Virus record (IMG/VR): IMGVR_UViG_3300048691_000182
Coordinates: 1 to 64,000 of that record
DNA: 64,000 bases
Reading direction: 5' to 3' (one strand)
Source: a virus
Part shown: one piece after another, positions 54,977 through 64,000 of the stretch
Layout of the letters: each line of letters starts with the position of its first letter
Position numbering within the stretch: position 1 is the stretch's first letter
Made by a program: the position numbers and the translations under genes
The notes under the pieces: generated by a model
Databases searched by the model: none
What the model saw: only the letters and a program-made list of their open reading frames with translations
Told to the model about the DNA's origin: nothing

Positions 54977-57073
54977 TTAGGCGGCAACAAAGTCGCTAAT
55001 ACGGTAAGCTTGTACGCTAGTAGTCATCACTGTCTTCATGTTGGACGCGTAAATCTTTACAGGCAGAGTCCAGCTATAACCACGTTGATCGTCAGCACTA
55101 CTGACGTAAGCTGCTGGTTGCATGATAAAGCGGTTATCAAAACGACCTTCAAGCAAGCTGGTGGTTTTAGCATTAACTTTCTCAACCAGTTGATCGTTGC
55201 TTAGATTAGCGCCAGAGCTACCGCTGTAGAAACGCCAAACACGCTCAGCTACCTTATTGATTTCACAAATGGCCATAGCTGTAAAGAAGCTATTAAGCAC
55301 AGAAGTGTCATCAGAACAAACTGTTTTCAAAGCAGGGAAGAAGTAACTACGCAGATCATAAGACTGGACCCAATTCAAACCAACATCCCAGTCTTTATTA
55401 CGCGCAGTTGCTGGCGTGAACGTAACATTGAAGTTAGTCATGTTATCCAGAACAGAGCCAGGAGCACCATCAAAGTTAGAACCAGCTTTCCACTTACCAT
55501 TTGCAGCACCCATGTACTTAGCTGCTTTCACAGCAATTTCCATAGTGGTGGGAACGTCTTGTGTGAATTGGCTATTACGCAGTTTACCACTACGACCCAT
55601 GATCATACCGCGTACCACAGGGGTGCCAAAGTAATCCGATTCAGGAGTAAGCTGTAAACGAGTGCGCAAAGCAACAGCCAGTGAGTGCTCTTCTGATGCA
55701 GTCAAAGCAACCGCACCAACGGTGTGGGTACCGAGCACAACAAACGTGTCTTTACGTACTGCAATAAAATTACAGAGCGCTTTCTTGGTGTCCAGAGGAA
55801 AACCACTATCGTAAATAATGGATTCAACGTTAACCGCTGTGTCCATCAGTTTTGAGTTAGAATTGCTGTACTCGTTAACTTCAGCTGTGACTAAGTCAGC
55901 AAACAATGCGTCGCTCATTGTGCCATCAGAACCAGACTTAGCGTAAATATTGGTATATTCGCTAGGACGAACAACGCCAGTACCTGTGCTCAAGATCTGG
56001 AAAGTGTTATAGTAGTTACCATTAGACGACTGACCAGACACCATGTTAAACAAATAGGATTCATTTGCAACACCAGTAAAATCTGACGAATCAGTTTTAT
56101 TTGGATATTCAGCAGCGTAGAACATATCAACTAAAGTTTTGATATTGTTTTTGTAAACCACCATATCACCAAAATCGCAATACTGGATTGGGTATGTTGG
56201 ATCTGTCAAGTTACGGTACTTATCCAAGAACACATCACCGACATAAAGTTGTGAGTCAGTGACTGGATCAATAACACCTGGCTTCAGGGTCAGAGTAACG
56301 CGTTGCTCAGCAAAGTTAGTTTCAATAACTTTAGGGCTAGAATTAACATCGTCACGGCGAATCAGAGCCATAAAGAAAGGATAAGCCTTTTCTCTGGTTA
56401 ACAAAGCTTCACTCACCAAAGTGTTAACTTCGTTGGTAGGTGCCCACAGACGCAAACCAACATCATTACCAAAAGCACCTTTACTAAAGGCTTTCAGTTC
56501 CATGATAGGGTATCGCTGTGATTGAGCGGCTGTAGTGGTGTCAGTTTGATCGCCAGCAACAATACCAGCTGCACCAAACGTCTGCATAAGGACGTTAGTG
56601 TTACGAGTCGTGACTACCCATTTAACTGTATAACCTGCAACTGTTGAACCAGTAGGAACTTTAGCTCCTTGGGCATCAGTGACAAAGCTACCATCGGCAT
56701 TACGGGTATATAAAGGAACCGTAGTTGGAAGTACGTCCAAGGACAGTAACAAATTAGATTCTGGACCAGCATCAGCAGGAATAACACGCTGATACATACA
56801 CTGATTACCTTCGGCGTTAACCAAATTAGCCAGCACAGTAGCATGGTTAGCCCAAGGCTTGCGCAGATCAAAAGAGTCTGCATGAAAAGCTTCAGACCGG
56901 GTATCTCCAACCAGCAACTGAGGAAGAGTAACGCCTTTCTTTGCGTAAAGATAAATCTTTGGCAAATGTTGGGGGATGTTTACAGCTTCTCTTACTGGGG
57001 GGCGTGTACTCAGATCCTGCGTGCCTTGAAGCACTGTTTGTGGCGACGCATTAATGATTGTCGTTTGGGTCAT
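54977..57073 (-). CDS. Contractile tail sheath protein (phiKZ gp29-like)
   Basis: 698 aa; GTQDLS, PQHLP, IYDSGF, PESDYFGTP, DDTSVLN, GYSW motifs. Confidence 0.88.
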   Translation of the reverse strand: MTQTTIINASPQTVLQGTQDLSTRPPVREAVNIPQHLPKIYLYAKKGVTLPQLLVGDTRSEAFHADSFDLRKPWANHATVLANLVNAEGNQCMYQRVIPADAGPESNLLLSLDVLPTTVPLYTRNADGSFVTDAQGAKVPTGSTVAGYTVKWVVTTRNTNVLMQTFGAAGIVAGDQTDTTTAAQSQRYPIMELKAFSKGAFGNDVGLRLWAPTNEVNTLVSEALLTREKAYPFFMALIRRDDVNSSPKVIETNFAEQRVTLTLKPGVIDPVTDSQLYVGDVFLDKYRNLTDPTYPIQYCDFGDMVVYKNNIKTLVDMFYAAEYPNKTDSSDFTGVANESYLFNMVSGQSSNGNYYNTFQILSTGTGVVRPSEYTNIYAKSGSDGTMSDALFADLVTAEVNEYSNSNSKLMDTAVNVESIIYDSGFPLDTKKALCNFIAVRKDTFVVLGTHTVGAVALTASEEHSLAVALRTRLQLTPESDYFGTPVVRGMIMGRSGKLRNSQFTQDVPTTMEIAVKAAKYMGAANGKWKAGSNFDGAPGSVLDNMTNFNVTFTPATARNKDWDVGLNWVQSYDLRSYFFPALKTVCSDDTSVLNSFFTAMAICEINKVAERVWRFYSGSSGANLSNDQLVEKVNAKTTSLLEGRFDNRFIMQPAAYVSSADDQRGYSWTLPVKIYASNMKTVMTTSVQAYRISDFVAA

Positions 57074-57226
57074 GTTTTATCCTATTAAAAAACAAATTTG
57101 AAATTTACTCTTTTTATAAACCTCAGGCATACAGATAATTCTTATTGAACATTTCGAATAAACCCTGCCGACTAACTAGTCTGTCGCCAGCATATGATGG
57201 CTCTGACAAACACTTGGGGTCCATTT

Positions 57227-57235
57227 AATGCTATG
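57227..57235 (+). promoter_or_regulatory. Putative late promoter (AATGCTATG)
   Basis: Same 9-mer as at 25218-25210 on the minus strand; lies in the divergent sheath/baseplate spacer. Confidence 0.4.
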
Positions 57236-57445
57236 AATAGAATTAGTAGAAATATCCTTACTAATTAGTTTGCATTAAGTCATAAAGTTATCAGATTAGT
57301 TGCTGATACCTCCAGTGTAAATTAATAAGTTACAAAATATTTTTACCCATCAAATCAGGCTCTGTCTGAAATGATGAAAGCTCATTCTATAATGTATAAA
57401 AATTACACCAACACCTTATTAAATTAAATTTTAGGATTGACTTAA

Positions 57446-58390
57446 ATGACAGTATTCAAATCGGCTTATGAAACCACTATTGGTACTGGTCTTCATACTA
57501 AAAATATAGCTTTACAATTACGACAAGTATTAGTATCGACATCGTCTAATTCTATTTTTTCTGGTGACCAAGAACCCTATCTTGAATCAATCACAGGTAA
57601 GGATGTTAGCCACGCATCTGTTCCTGTGTTTGTTCACCCTTACTTAGTTGACGGTATTGATAAAAAGAATTATCTGTTTATTGACTACCGCCCATTTGTT
57701 AAAATAGATTCTGTTGATAAATGGGAACCTAAGGTAATTGTTAAAAATACCGTTGAGTATAATTTTGCTAAAGCAAGATTACTTATCAACAAAGTTTTAC
57801 TCACGCAAGGGTCTGGAAGCTTATCTGGTTTGTCTTCTCTTCCAATGGGTGTTTTTGCCTCATGGATCAGTGAGGCTGTTACACACAGATTTGCTCTCGA
57901 TATGTCTGAACAGGTTAAGTTAACTGTTTTGGCTTGTATTTATTACCAAACTTTGTTTGTTGAAAATGAAGACTTGGATGAACAAATGTTGAATGTCTTT
58001 AAAGCCAATGCTATCAGAGTACTTAAAATACCTGCGACAATTGTTTATGAAGTAACAGACAACATTCCTTTGTTCACTAACATTAAATCTCTTTGTGAAG
58101 TAATCAAAACTAAGTTAGAGAATTCTAGATTAGAAGATTTTAACGAAGGTATATTAATCACCATGCTAAAGAATACATGGTACGGGAGTAACGCTGCCGA
58201 GATTTTAGCTGTAGCTTTAGAACACACCCCTACCTGGGTTTCTCTGGTTTATACCTCTATTTCAGAGAGAACATTTAAAAACTCCACTATTGCTAAAATA
58301 ACAGAACGTTATTCTAAAGGTGGGGCGGGCGAAGCATTTCAAAAAAGCTTTGTTACCTTAGCTTTAAGTGTTGATACAGAAGTCAAATAA
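57446..58390 (+). CDS. Virion structural protein (phiKZ gp28-like)
   Basis: SAYETT, PVFVHP, IDYR, WYG, VALEH.PTW motifs; divergent from the sheath. Confidence 0.65.
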   Translation: MTVFKSAYETTIGTGLHTKNIALQLRQVLVSTSSNSIFSGDQEPYLESITGKDVSHASVPVFVHPYLVDGIDKKNYLFIDYRPFVKIDSVDKWEPKVIVKNTVEYNFAKARLLINKVLLTQGSGSLSGLSSLPMGVFASWISEAVTHRFALDMSEQVKLTVLACIYYQTLFVENEDLDEQMLNVFKANAIRVLKIPATIVYEVTDNIPLFTNIKSLCEVIKTKLENSRLEDFNEGILITMLKNTWYGSNAAEILAVALEHTPTWVSLVYTSISERTFKNSTIAKITERYSKGGAGEAFQKSFVTLALSVDTEVK

Positions 58391-58396
58391 CCACTC

Positions 58397-58432
58397 TATA
58401 CTCCAGTGAGTTTTAAAACTCACTGGAGTATA
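58397..58432. repeat. Perfect 36-bp palindrome (hairpin/terminator)
   Basis: tatactccagtgagtttt|aaaactcactggagtata. Confidence 0.8.
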
Positions 58433-58460
58433 TCCTCATTTTTATCATGGGATTTTATAC

Positions 58461-61049
58461 ATGTATGATTACTTAGTAGACCATGCAATTAAAAATGTAT
58501 GGTGCACTCCAAACCAAGACAACCAAAGAATCTATGCACCTAAGAGATTAACCCCTAACGGTGGTGTGAGAAATAGCTTTAGAGTACTTTGGCGCTTACT
58601 TGCTATGCCTGATTTAGTTTCACAGTGGCATGTTTACCAGGTGGGTCAAGTGCATCCTGTAATTCTTAATCTTTTACCCGATGAAGGTAAGTGGACTAGT
58701 TTTACCGAGGCTATAAATACTAGAAAATTAATTTGTGATATTTATACAGATCAAGGTGTTCAGATACCTAGGTTTAATAGCTTCTTTCAATTCACAGAAG
58801 ACCATAATTTAATTATAGCCATTAGAAAGAATGTTAAGCTACCTATTGATTTTAATAACGATCAGCCTTTTATTCGTTTATATTCTAATGCTTATTTTGC
58901 AAGTGAAAGAGCAGATGTAACAGATGAATTAATTTATTCAGAAGGGTCTATTGTTACTAATACTGAACAAATTCTAGATTTACAAAATGCTTATACGCGT
59001 TATAGTTTACTTACTGAAGGTGCAGCATATGCATTTGTAAATGGCTATAAGGTTTCTGGAATTAATTTGTTCACAGCTTCTGTAGGTGATACTTGCGAAT
59101 TTGTATATGATTCGTCTATTTACAAAGTAGTTGATTTTAAAGTAGGTGATCTTGGTGTTTTTAACAGCACACTTGACACTACATTAAAGTATTTCCTTCA
59201 TTATCCAGGTGTTGATAATCAGACAATTGATTATAGAGACGATATTGATTTCTTTTTGGTATATCCAGGAGAACCTAATAGTAAAGGTTTATGGTACCAT
59301 AAAAATCAAGACGCTAGCGTTAGGATGATAACACATAGAGATTACTCACTGCCTACTGCTTTTATTGCAGGTTATCAAACTCAATTAGCGGCAATGATAG
59401 GTACGGGTAATGAATACATACCCCAAAATCTTATTGTACGTCTACATATTAGAAAATCAGGTTACGATAGGGCTTTAGTTTTTGATGCTAATAAAATTAA
59501 AGAACTATATAAATTACCACCTAACCTCATACCTAGAGCTATGCTTGGTATTGACGCCACACTTCCTAATTGGCAGGTAGATACATTAGAGAGTTCTGGG
59601 TATACAGAAATTATGTCAGCTGATTGCTGCGATATTACTAACGCTTTGGTAAATAAAGCTTATGGTTATAACGCTTTGAGTAAACTACTTGGCAGTACCC
59701 CGCAGTTTACTAGATATGAATCTAATCGTAAGCTGGTGGATTTACCTTATGGATTACAGTCTAAAAGCACTGTTTATGAATACGATAGCGAAGGTATTCT
59801 AACCCACTGGGATACACACTTAACAGGGTCTAGATATGATTGTGTTAATTTAACAACTAACATGATCGAGGTGTTTTCTGGTACTGGTGGTAACGAGCTA
59901 TCGGATAGATTTACATTAGACTCCATTAACGTAGATGCCACACAGAGCTATAGAGTATATTACAATCCTTTAAGTACAGTTGGTATTCCTGGTGACTGGA
60001 CTGACATTACAGGTACTGATAAATACATTGTTACTAACGGTTTATTAACTAGAAGTAATGATATAATTTTAGGTACTTTAATGGTACGTACTGAAGCTAA
60101 ATTCTTGGCTTACGACTTAGAGTTAAACATGGTGCGGGGCGAGCTTCGTTTTGGACTACAACAGTTCAGAATGGTAGGTACTGTTAACACCAGTGTTTCG
60201 ATGGAAGTGCCTTGTGGCCAGTTAGATTTATTTCTAAATGGTAGATCTCTAATCCGTAATCTTGATTATTTTATTAAATTCCCTGAAATAGTCATTATTA
60301 ATAAAGAGTATTTAAACGATCCTTTAAACACTAAACAAAAAATTCATGTGAGAATGTCTGGTTATTGTGAAGAAACTTTATCTGTTAATACACCTAGTGA
60401 TATGGGTTTTATTGAGCACGGTTTATTGTCTAACAACGATAAGTTTGATTTAAGAGATGATAAAGTCTTACGCATAGTTGTAGATGGGAAACTCTATGAC
60501 AAAAGTGAGATGATTTTCTCTGAAGAACACTCGGGTGTAAGTATACAAAACCCTATTAATGGTAAACCTTATTCTGTTCAAGATATTGTTGTGCCTTTAA
60601 GGGATTATGTTGCTGAACCTACTTTTACTGTTAGAAATAGAGCCGTCTTAGTTGACAACGCAGTTAAGCAATACTTAACTCTTAAAATACCTCAACCTGT
60701 AAGAAATCCTATTAGCTCTATTGAAAGACGCTATACGGTTTTTAGTCCTTTTATCTGTAAGATTATTTATGACCTGGAATCAGGTTTATTAGACGATTCC
60801 AGATACAAGACAAATTACAATGACATGACAGCAAGAGCTGTTTGCCAACCCTATGAGTATTTACTTGAATATGACCCAACTCAACAAGATCAGGCTGTTA
60901 ACGATAGATATGTTGTCGTTCACCCGCATAATCTGACAACTACAATAGACTTAGATTTATTTAGTTACAGATTTGTTGAAAGAGTTCTAAAGATATATAC
61001 AAATAACTTAGTCAAACTCTCAGGCTACGTAACACTATCCTCAACTTGA
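58461..61049 (+). CDS. Baseplate structural protein (phiKZ gp27-like)
   Basis: 862 aa; YLVDHAIKNVWC.P.QD start, RMITHRDYS, AYGYNA, LFLNGRSLI..LDY motifs. Confidence 0.7.
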   Translation: MYDYLVDHAIKNVWCTPNQDNQRIYAPKRLTPNGGVRNSFRVLWRLLAMPDLVSQWHVYQVGQVHPVILNLLPDEGKWTSFTEAINTRKLICDIYTDQGVQIPRFNSFFQFTEDHNLIIAIRKNVKLPIDFNNDQPFIRLYSNAYFASERADVTDELIYSEGSIVTNTEQILDLQNAYTRYSLLTEGAAYAFVNGYKVSGINLFTASVGDTCEFVYDSSIYKVVDFKVGDLGVFNSTLDTTLKYFLHYPGVDNQTIDYRDDIDFFLVYPGEPNSKGLWYHKNQDASVRMITHRDYSLPTAFIAGYQTQLAAMIGTGNEYIPQNLIVRLHIRKSGYDRALVFDANKIKELYKLPPNLIPRAMLGIDATLPNWQVDTLESSGYTEIMSADCCDITNALVNKAYGYNALSKLLGSTPQFTRYESNRKLVDLPYGLQSKSTVYEYDSEGILTHWDTHLTGSRYDCVNLTTNMIEVFSGTGGNELSDRFTLDSINVDATQSYRVYYNPLSTVGIPGDWTDITGTDKYIVTNGLLTRSNDIILGTLMVRTEAKFLAYDLELNMVRGELRFGLQQFRMVGTVNTSVSMEVPCGQLDLFLNGRSLIRNLDYFIKFPEIVIINKEYLNDPLNTKQKIHVRMSGYCEETLSVNTPSDMGFIEHGLLSNNDKFDLRDDKVLRIVVDGKLYDKSEMIFSEEHSGVSIQNPINGKPYSVQDIVVPLRDYVAEPTFTVRNRAVLVDNAVKQYLTLKIPQPVRNPISSIERRYTVFSPFICKIIYDLESGLLDDSRYKTNYNDMTARAVCQPYEYLLEYDPTQQDQAVNDRYVVVHPHNLTTTIDLDLFSYRFVERVLKIYTNNLVKLSGYVTLSST

Positions 61050-61061
61050 AAGAAATAAATA

Positions 61062-62747
61062 ATGGCAACTTCTGATATAAGTACGTCAGGTATCACAGGT
61101 TCAGACGGTGTTACACCGTTGTACTCTCCTAACGAAAGATGGTGTATTTGGAATCTTGATGAAATTTATGTTGGTACTGTTGGTACTAAGCGGTATGTTC
61201 CAAAGATAAATGATTATGTTGTAGATATTACTTCTGGTACTTTTTACAAAGTAAGAACCATTGATCCGGTTACTCTTATATGCACTTATGACCAAGTAAA
61301 CATTAATACCGTTGATACCTCTCTGAGTGAAAATGATATTTTATTTGGTGTTGGCCCAGGTACTCAGTCTGACACGTATCTCGCTTATGTAGATGCAAGT
61401 GTGGTTCCTAGTATTCTAGCTGTTGATGCCAGACTTCGCATTGGTGGCAGTATGGCTAGTTACTGTAAAATCTTTAAGGGTGCTGATGTTTCTAGCTCTG
61501 GCAAGGTAATCAGTAGAGTATACGATCAAAACGGAACTTTGTTAACGCAGAACATTCCTCTTGAATTAGCAGCAATTGATTCACACACTAACCACAGTAT
61601 CAAAATTGTAAGCGTAGCACACACCGTTGAAACTTTGACTGATGGTGAAATTGTAACTGTTGTTGTTTATGATGATGTTGGGCACGTTGTATCTAAACGG
61701 CAATTACTGGTAGAAAATACTGCTTTTATTCGTTCTATCAATGTATCTCAGAAATATATTTCGCATATTTCTTTAGCCAGTCCATTCATGTCTTCTTCAG
61801 ATAACACTCTGATTGAACTACCTATCAACGTTCTTGTTGAAGGTTTGGATTTATATGGCATTGTGCATTATTCCGATGGTACGACCTTGAAGTTACCTGT
61901 AGACGGTACTAAGTTTAGAATGTTTGGGCTTGAGCAGTATTTAGGTACTGTTGTTGGGCAGCGCGTCCAGCTTGTGTTACGTTATGCTTTAAGCACTGGT
62001 GAAACTGCCTATGGCGCAGTAAGCGGTGATGGTAAATCAATAACTAAACAATTTACTCTTAATTCACTTGTTCAAAACGGTGCTTATGCTGTTAAACTGT
62101 TTGGTTATCCTGTTTGGGTGGACACAGTAACCGGTTACAAGATGGAGTGGTTCCTCTACAGCTTAGATAGAAACATTGTCTACAATGTAACTGATTACGT
62201 TAGATATAGTGCTGTAACTGGAGCTTTCAGACCCAAGGCTTATGGTTTCTCTCAGGACTTAACTGTAAGTATTAATTTGCGTGACGTTAGTGGTTCATTC
62301 AAATCCTATATCCATGCACAAAACTATAATGTTGTGTTAGTTGACAATGGAGCAGCAAGAACTACTAACTGGACTGTTACTTATGAGCCAGGACAAGTTC
62401 CGTTGTTTGGTGTTGGTCTTCACGCACAAGCTACTTTGGTTAGTGCTAATAACTACAAACTGACTGTGCACTCTGGTTTAACTACCAAGGCTGATTGGCT
62501 CAATAGAGTTTATTATGCATCTAAACCTATTATTGATTTAGAGCGGGAAATTACTGCACCTGAACCAAATTTCTTTGCTATTATTGCTGGTAATAATCGT
62601 GTTGAATTCAGTATTGATGACTGGGATAAAAACTTGACAATTGGGTCGGGTCCAGTTATTAACGGAACTGTATTTATTGAGTTCTTTAAACGTGTTTCAA
62701 CTAACGATATTCAGTTAGCTATTGCTGGCATGCCTATCTATAATTAA
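61062..62747 (+). CDS. Baseplate structural protein (phiKZ gp26-like)
   Basis: 561 aa; EIY.G..G..RYVPKIND.V.D and AYAVKLF.YP.W motifs; convergent with the terminase. Confidence 0.7.
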   Translation: MATSDISTSGITGSDGVTPLYSPNERWCIWNLDEIYVGTVGTKRYVPKINDYVVDITSGTFYKVRTIDPVTLICTYDQVNINTVDTSLSENDILFGVGPGTQSDTYLAYVDASVVPSILAVDARLRIGGSMASYCKIFKGADVSSSGKVISRVYDQNGTLLTQNIPLELAAIDSHTNHSIKIVSVAHTVETLTDGEIVTVVVYDDVGHVVSKRQLLVENTAFIRSINVSQKYISHISLASPFMSSSDNTLIELPINVLVEGLDLYGIVHYSDGTTLKLPVDGTKFRMFGLEQYLGTVVGQRVQLVLRYALSTGETAYGAVSGDGKSITKQFTLNSLVQNGAYAVKLFGYPVWVDTVTGYKMEWFLYSLDRNIVYNVTDYVRYSAVTGAFRPKAYGFSQDLTVSINLRDVSGSFKSYIHAQNYNVVLVDNGAARTTNWTVTYEPGQVPLFGVGLHAQATLVSANNYKLTVHSGLTTKADWLNRVYYASKPIIDLEREITAPEPNFFAIIAGNNRVEFSIDDWDKNLTIGSGPVINGTVFIEFFKRVSTNDIQLAIAGMPIYN

Positions 62748-62754
62748 ACATACT

Positions 62755-62793
62755 CTACTACTACACAAGCTATAAATGCTTGTGTAGTAGTAG
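62755..62793. terminator. Bidirectional hairpin, 16-bp perfect stem
   Basis: ctactactacacaagc / gcttgtgtagtagtag. Confidence 0.8.
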
Positions 62794-62805
62794 TAGTTAT
62801 GCTTT

Positions 62806-63999
62806 TTAATATCTTTGTCTATAATTGCTGTAATTTTGAGTATTGTGTTTTGCTACTCTATTGGCTCTTTTAGACTCTCTAACATTATTAATAAGTTCAT
62901 CAACAGAGAAGACTTCACCCTCTTCTAAAACAATAGACCTATTTAAAGATCTTAATTTTTGTTCTAGTTTAAGTATAATAAAATCATCGTTTGTTTTACT
63001 TAGCTCTTCTTCAATAGCAACTATTTCTTGTCTGATATAATTTTGCTCCATTAGAAAATCATATTCAGCCTGGGTAGTTACTTTATTCTTATTTGAAGCT
63101 GAGAATATTTTCTTACTGTCAATCCCATAAAAAGAAAGATTAGTAGCTTTAGTTAAGAACCAAAATATCAACAACCACGCAATTACCATATCGTCATGCA
63201 TACCTTTTAAATGGTCCACACGATTATTAATAATTAACAAACTTGTTATCTGGTCTATGGTTGTCTTATCTCTAACTAAGTTTCCACCTTGTTTAGCGGC
63301 TAGTTGTAACGTAGTTGAATAAAGCTCACTTCGACTAGTTAGGCCTGAACCCGTAGTAATAAATCCAAATGTTTTCTTATTAGTAGTGTAGACGTGCGAA
63401 GGTCTTCTCCCAAAAGGAATATTTAAATCTCTCCAGGTCTCTTTATCTTCATCACCTTTTTGAACAGCCATATTAAATAATCTTTTAAATGGGTCAATAC
63501 CTTTTGCAGGTAACATTAAAAGTAAATAATCAATAATAGCCACACCAGATGATTTTCTTTCAATAATAACAGTTAGATTGTCGTATTTAACAATCCAATC
63601 ACAGATCCATTCAGCAAAAGTAATTAAATTAGTTTCATTGTAATTACCTGCACAGATAGTACCACCGTCGACAATATCTGCTAATAATAAAGATATATCA
63701 TCACCACCAGAAGCATCGCTGGTATCCAGCGCCATTACAAAGTTACTAGATGACATTATTCTACCTAGTTCGTCTTGATTCACATACCACTTTGTAATGT
63801 AGTTGTAGGGTGCGGCTATTTTGGTAGTAAAGTTTAAGTCTTGTGAATTTCTGATTCTAGTAAGTAGTTCAACAGACAACGGAGACGATTGCGAACCAGA
63901 AGTCCAAACGTTAAAGAAGTCTCTGTCTGCATCCTCACCTTTTTGGATAGCATCTTCAATAGCGCGCTTTAACCACTCGTCGTCCTTACCTAGCTGAGT
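62806..63999 (-). CDS. terL: Terminase large subunit, C-terminal nuclease half (gene continues beyond the window)
   Basis: Frame open to the edge (TQLGKDDEWL...ADRDFFNVWTSG); MALDTSDASGGD, IIERKSSG, HDDMVIAWLL nuclease motifs. Confidence 0.9.
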   Translation of the reverse strand, partial: TQLGKDDEWLKRAIEDAIQKGEDADRDFFNVWTSGSQSSPLSVELLTRIRNSQDLNFTTKIAAPYNYITKWYVNQDELGRIMSSSNFVMALDTSDASGGDDISLLLADIVDGGTICAGNYNETNLITFAEWICDWIVKYDNLTVIIERKSSGVAIIDYLLLMLPAKGIDPFKRLFNMAVQKGDEDKETWRDLNIPFGRRPSHVYTTNKKTFGFITTGSGLTSRSELYSTTLQLAAKQGGNLVRDKTTIDQITSLLIINNRVDHLKGMHDDMVIAWLLIFWFLTKATNLSFYGIDSKKIFSASNKNKVTTQAEYDFLMEQNYIRQEIVAIEEELSKTNDDFIILKLEQKLRSLNRSIVLEEGEVFSVDELINNVRESKRANRVAKHNTQNYSNYRQRY

Positions 64000-64000
64000 G

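Noticed and set aside
3195-62793. Hairpins as a CRISPR array, REP or MITE family
   Set aside because: Stem sequences are mutually unrelated and occur singly at gene ends. There is no repeat-spacer periodicity, target duplication or transposase.
375-63040. Many 60-195 aa ORFs antisense or out of frame to long genes (e.g. 11802-12272, 14775-15359, 17286-17816, 38943-39377, 41448-41993, 50031-50351)
   Set aside because: They lie within well-supported CDSs, show no motif I recognise, and are explained as shadows of biased codon usage.
1-64000. tRNA/rRNA genes, alternative genetic code, and chimallin/tubulin/major capsid genes
   Set aside because: No cloverleaf or rRNA-like segment was seen in the short gaps. 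All three stop codons end genes normally. The nucleus-shell, PhuZ and capsid genes were not recognised in this window, so nucleus formation is only inferred from family membership.

Overview
This AT-rich, densely coding 64 kb window looks like the structural and replication core of a phiKZ-related (Chimalliviridae-like) jumbo myophage of a Gram-negative host, read with the standard genetic code. The call rests on three virion RNA polymerase subunits (beta, beta C-terminal piece, and beta' with ADYDGD), a phiKZ-type prohead protease, tail sheath and tube, a terminase, and a 2418-aa tape-measure/lysin, together with UvsX, RNase HI, SbcC and RuvC. The phiKZ gp numbers below are my recollection of family synteny and motifs, not search results. 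The most striking accessory element is a cassette at 1248-4573, in the tail-fibre slot: three paralogous GT-A/GT2 glycosyltransferases interleaved with two paralogous C1q/BclA-like putative virion proteins. It is a candidate virion (fibre) glycosylation system. Also notable are 15 long intergenic hairpins, most bounded by CATA...TATG instead of U-tracts; recurring late-type and early-type promoter motifs; a tape measure carrying both an M15 peptidase and an SLT domain; a CYTH enzyme with a putative head-protease propeptide; a NADAR-like protein; a spanin pair with no adjacent endolysin; and a gene broken by a +1 shift in an A7 run. No tRNA, rRNA, CRISPR array, intron, intein or transposase was seen.
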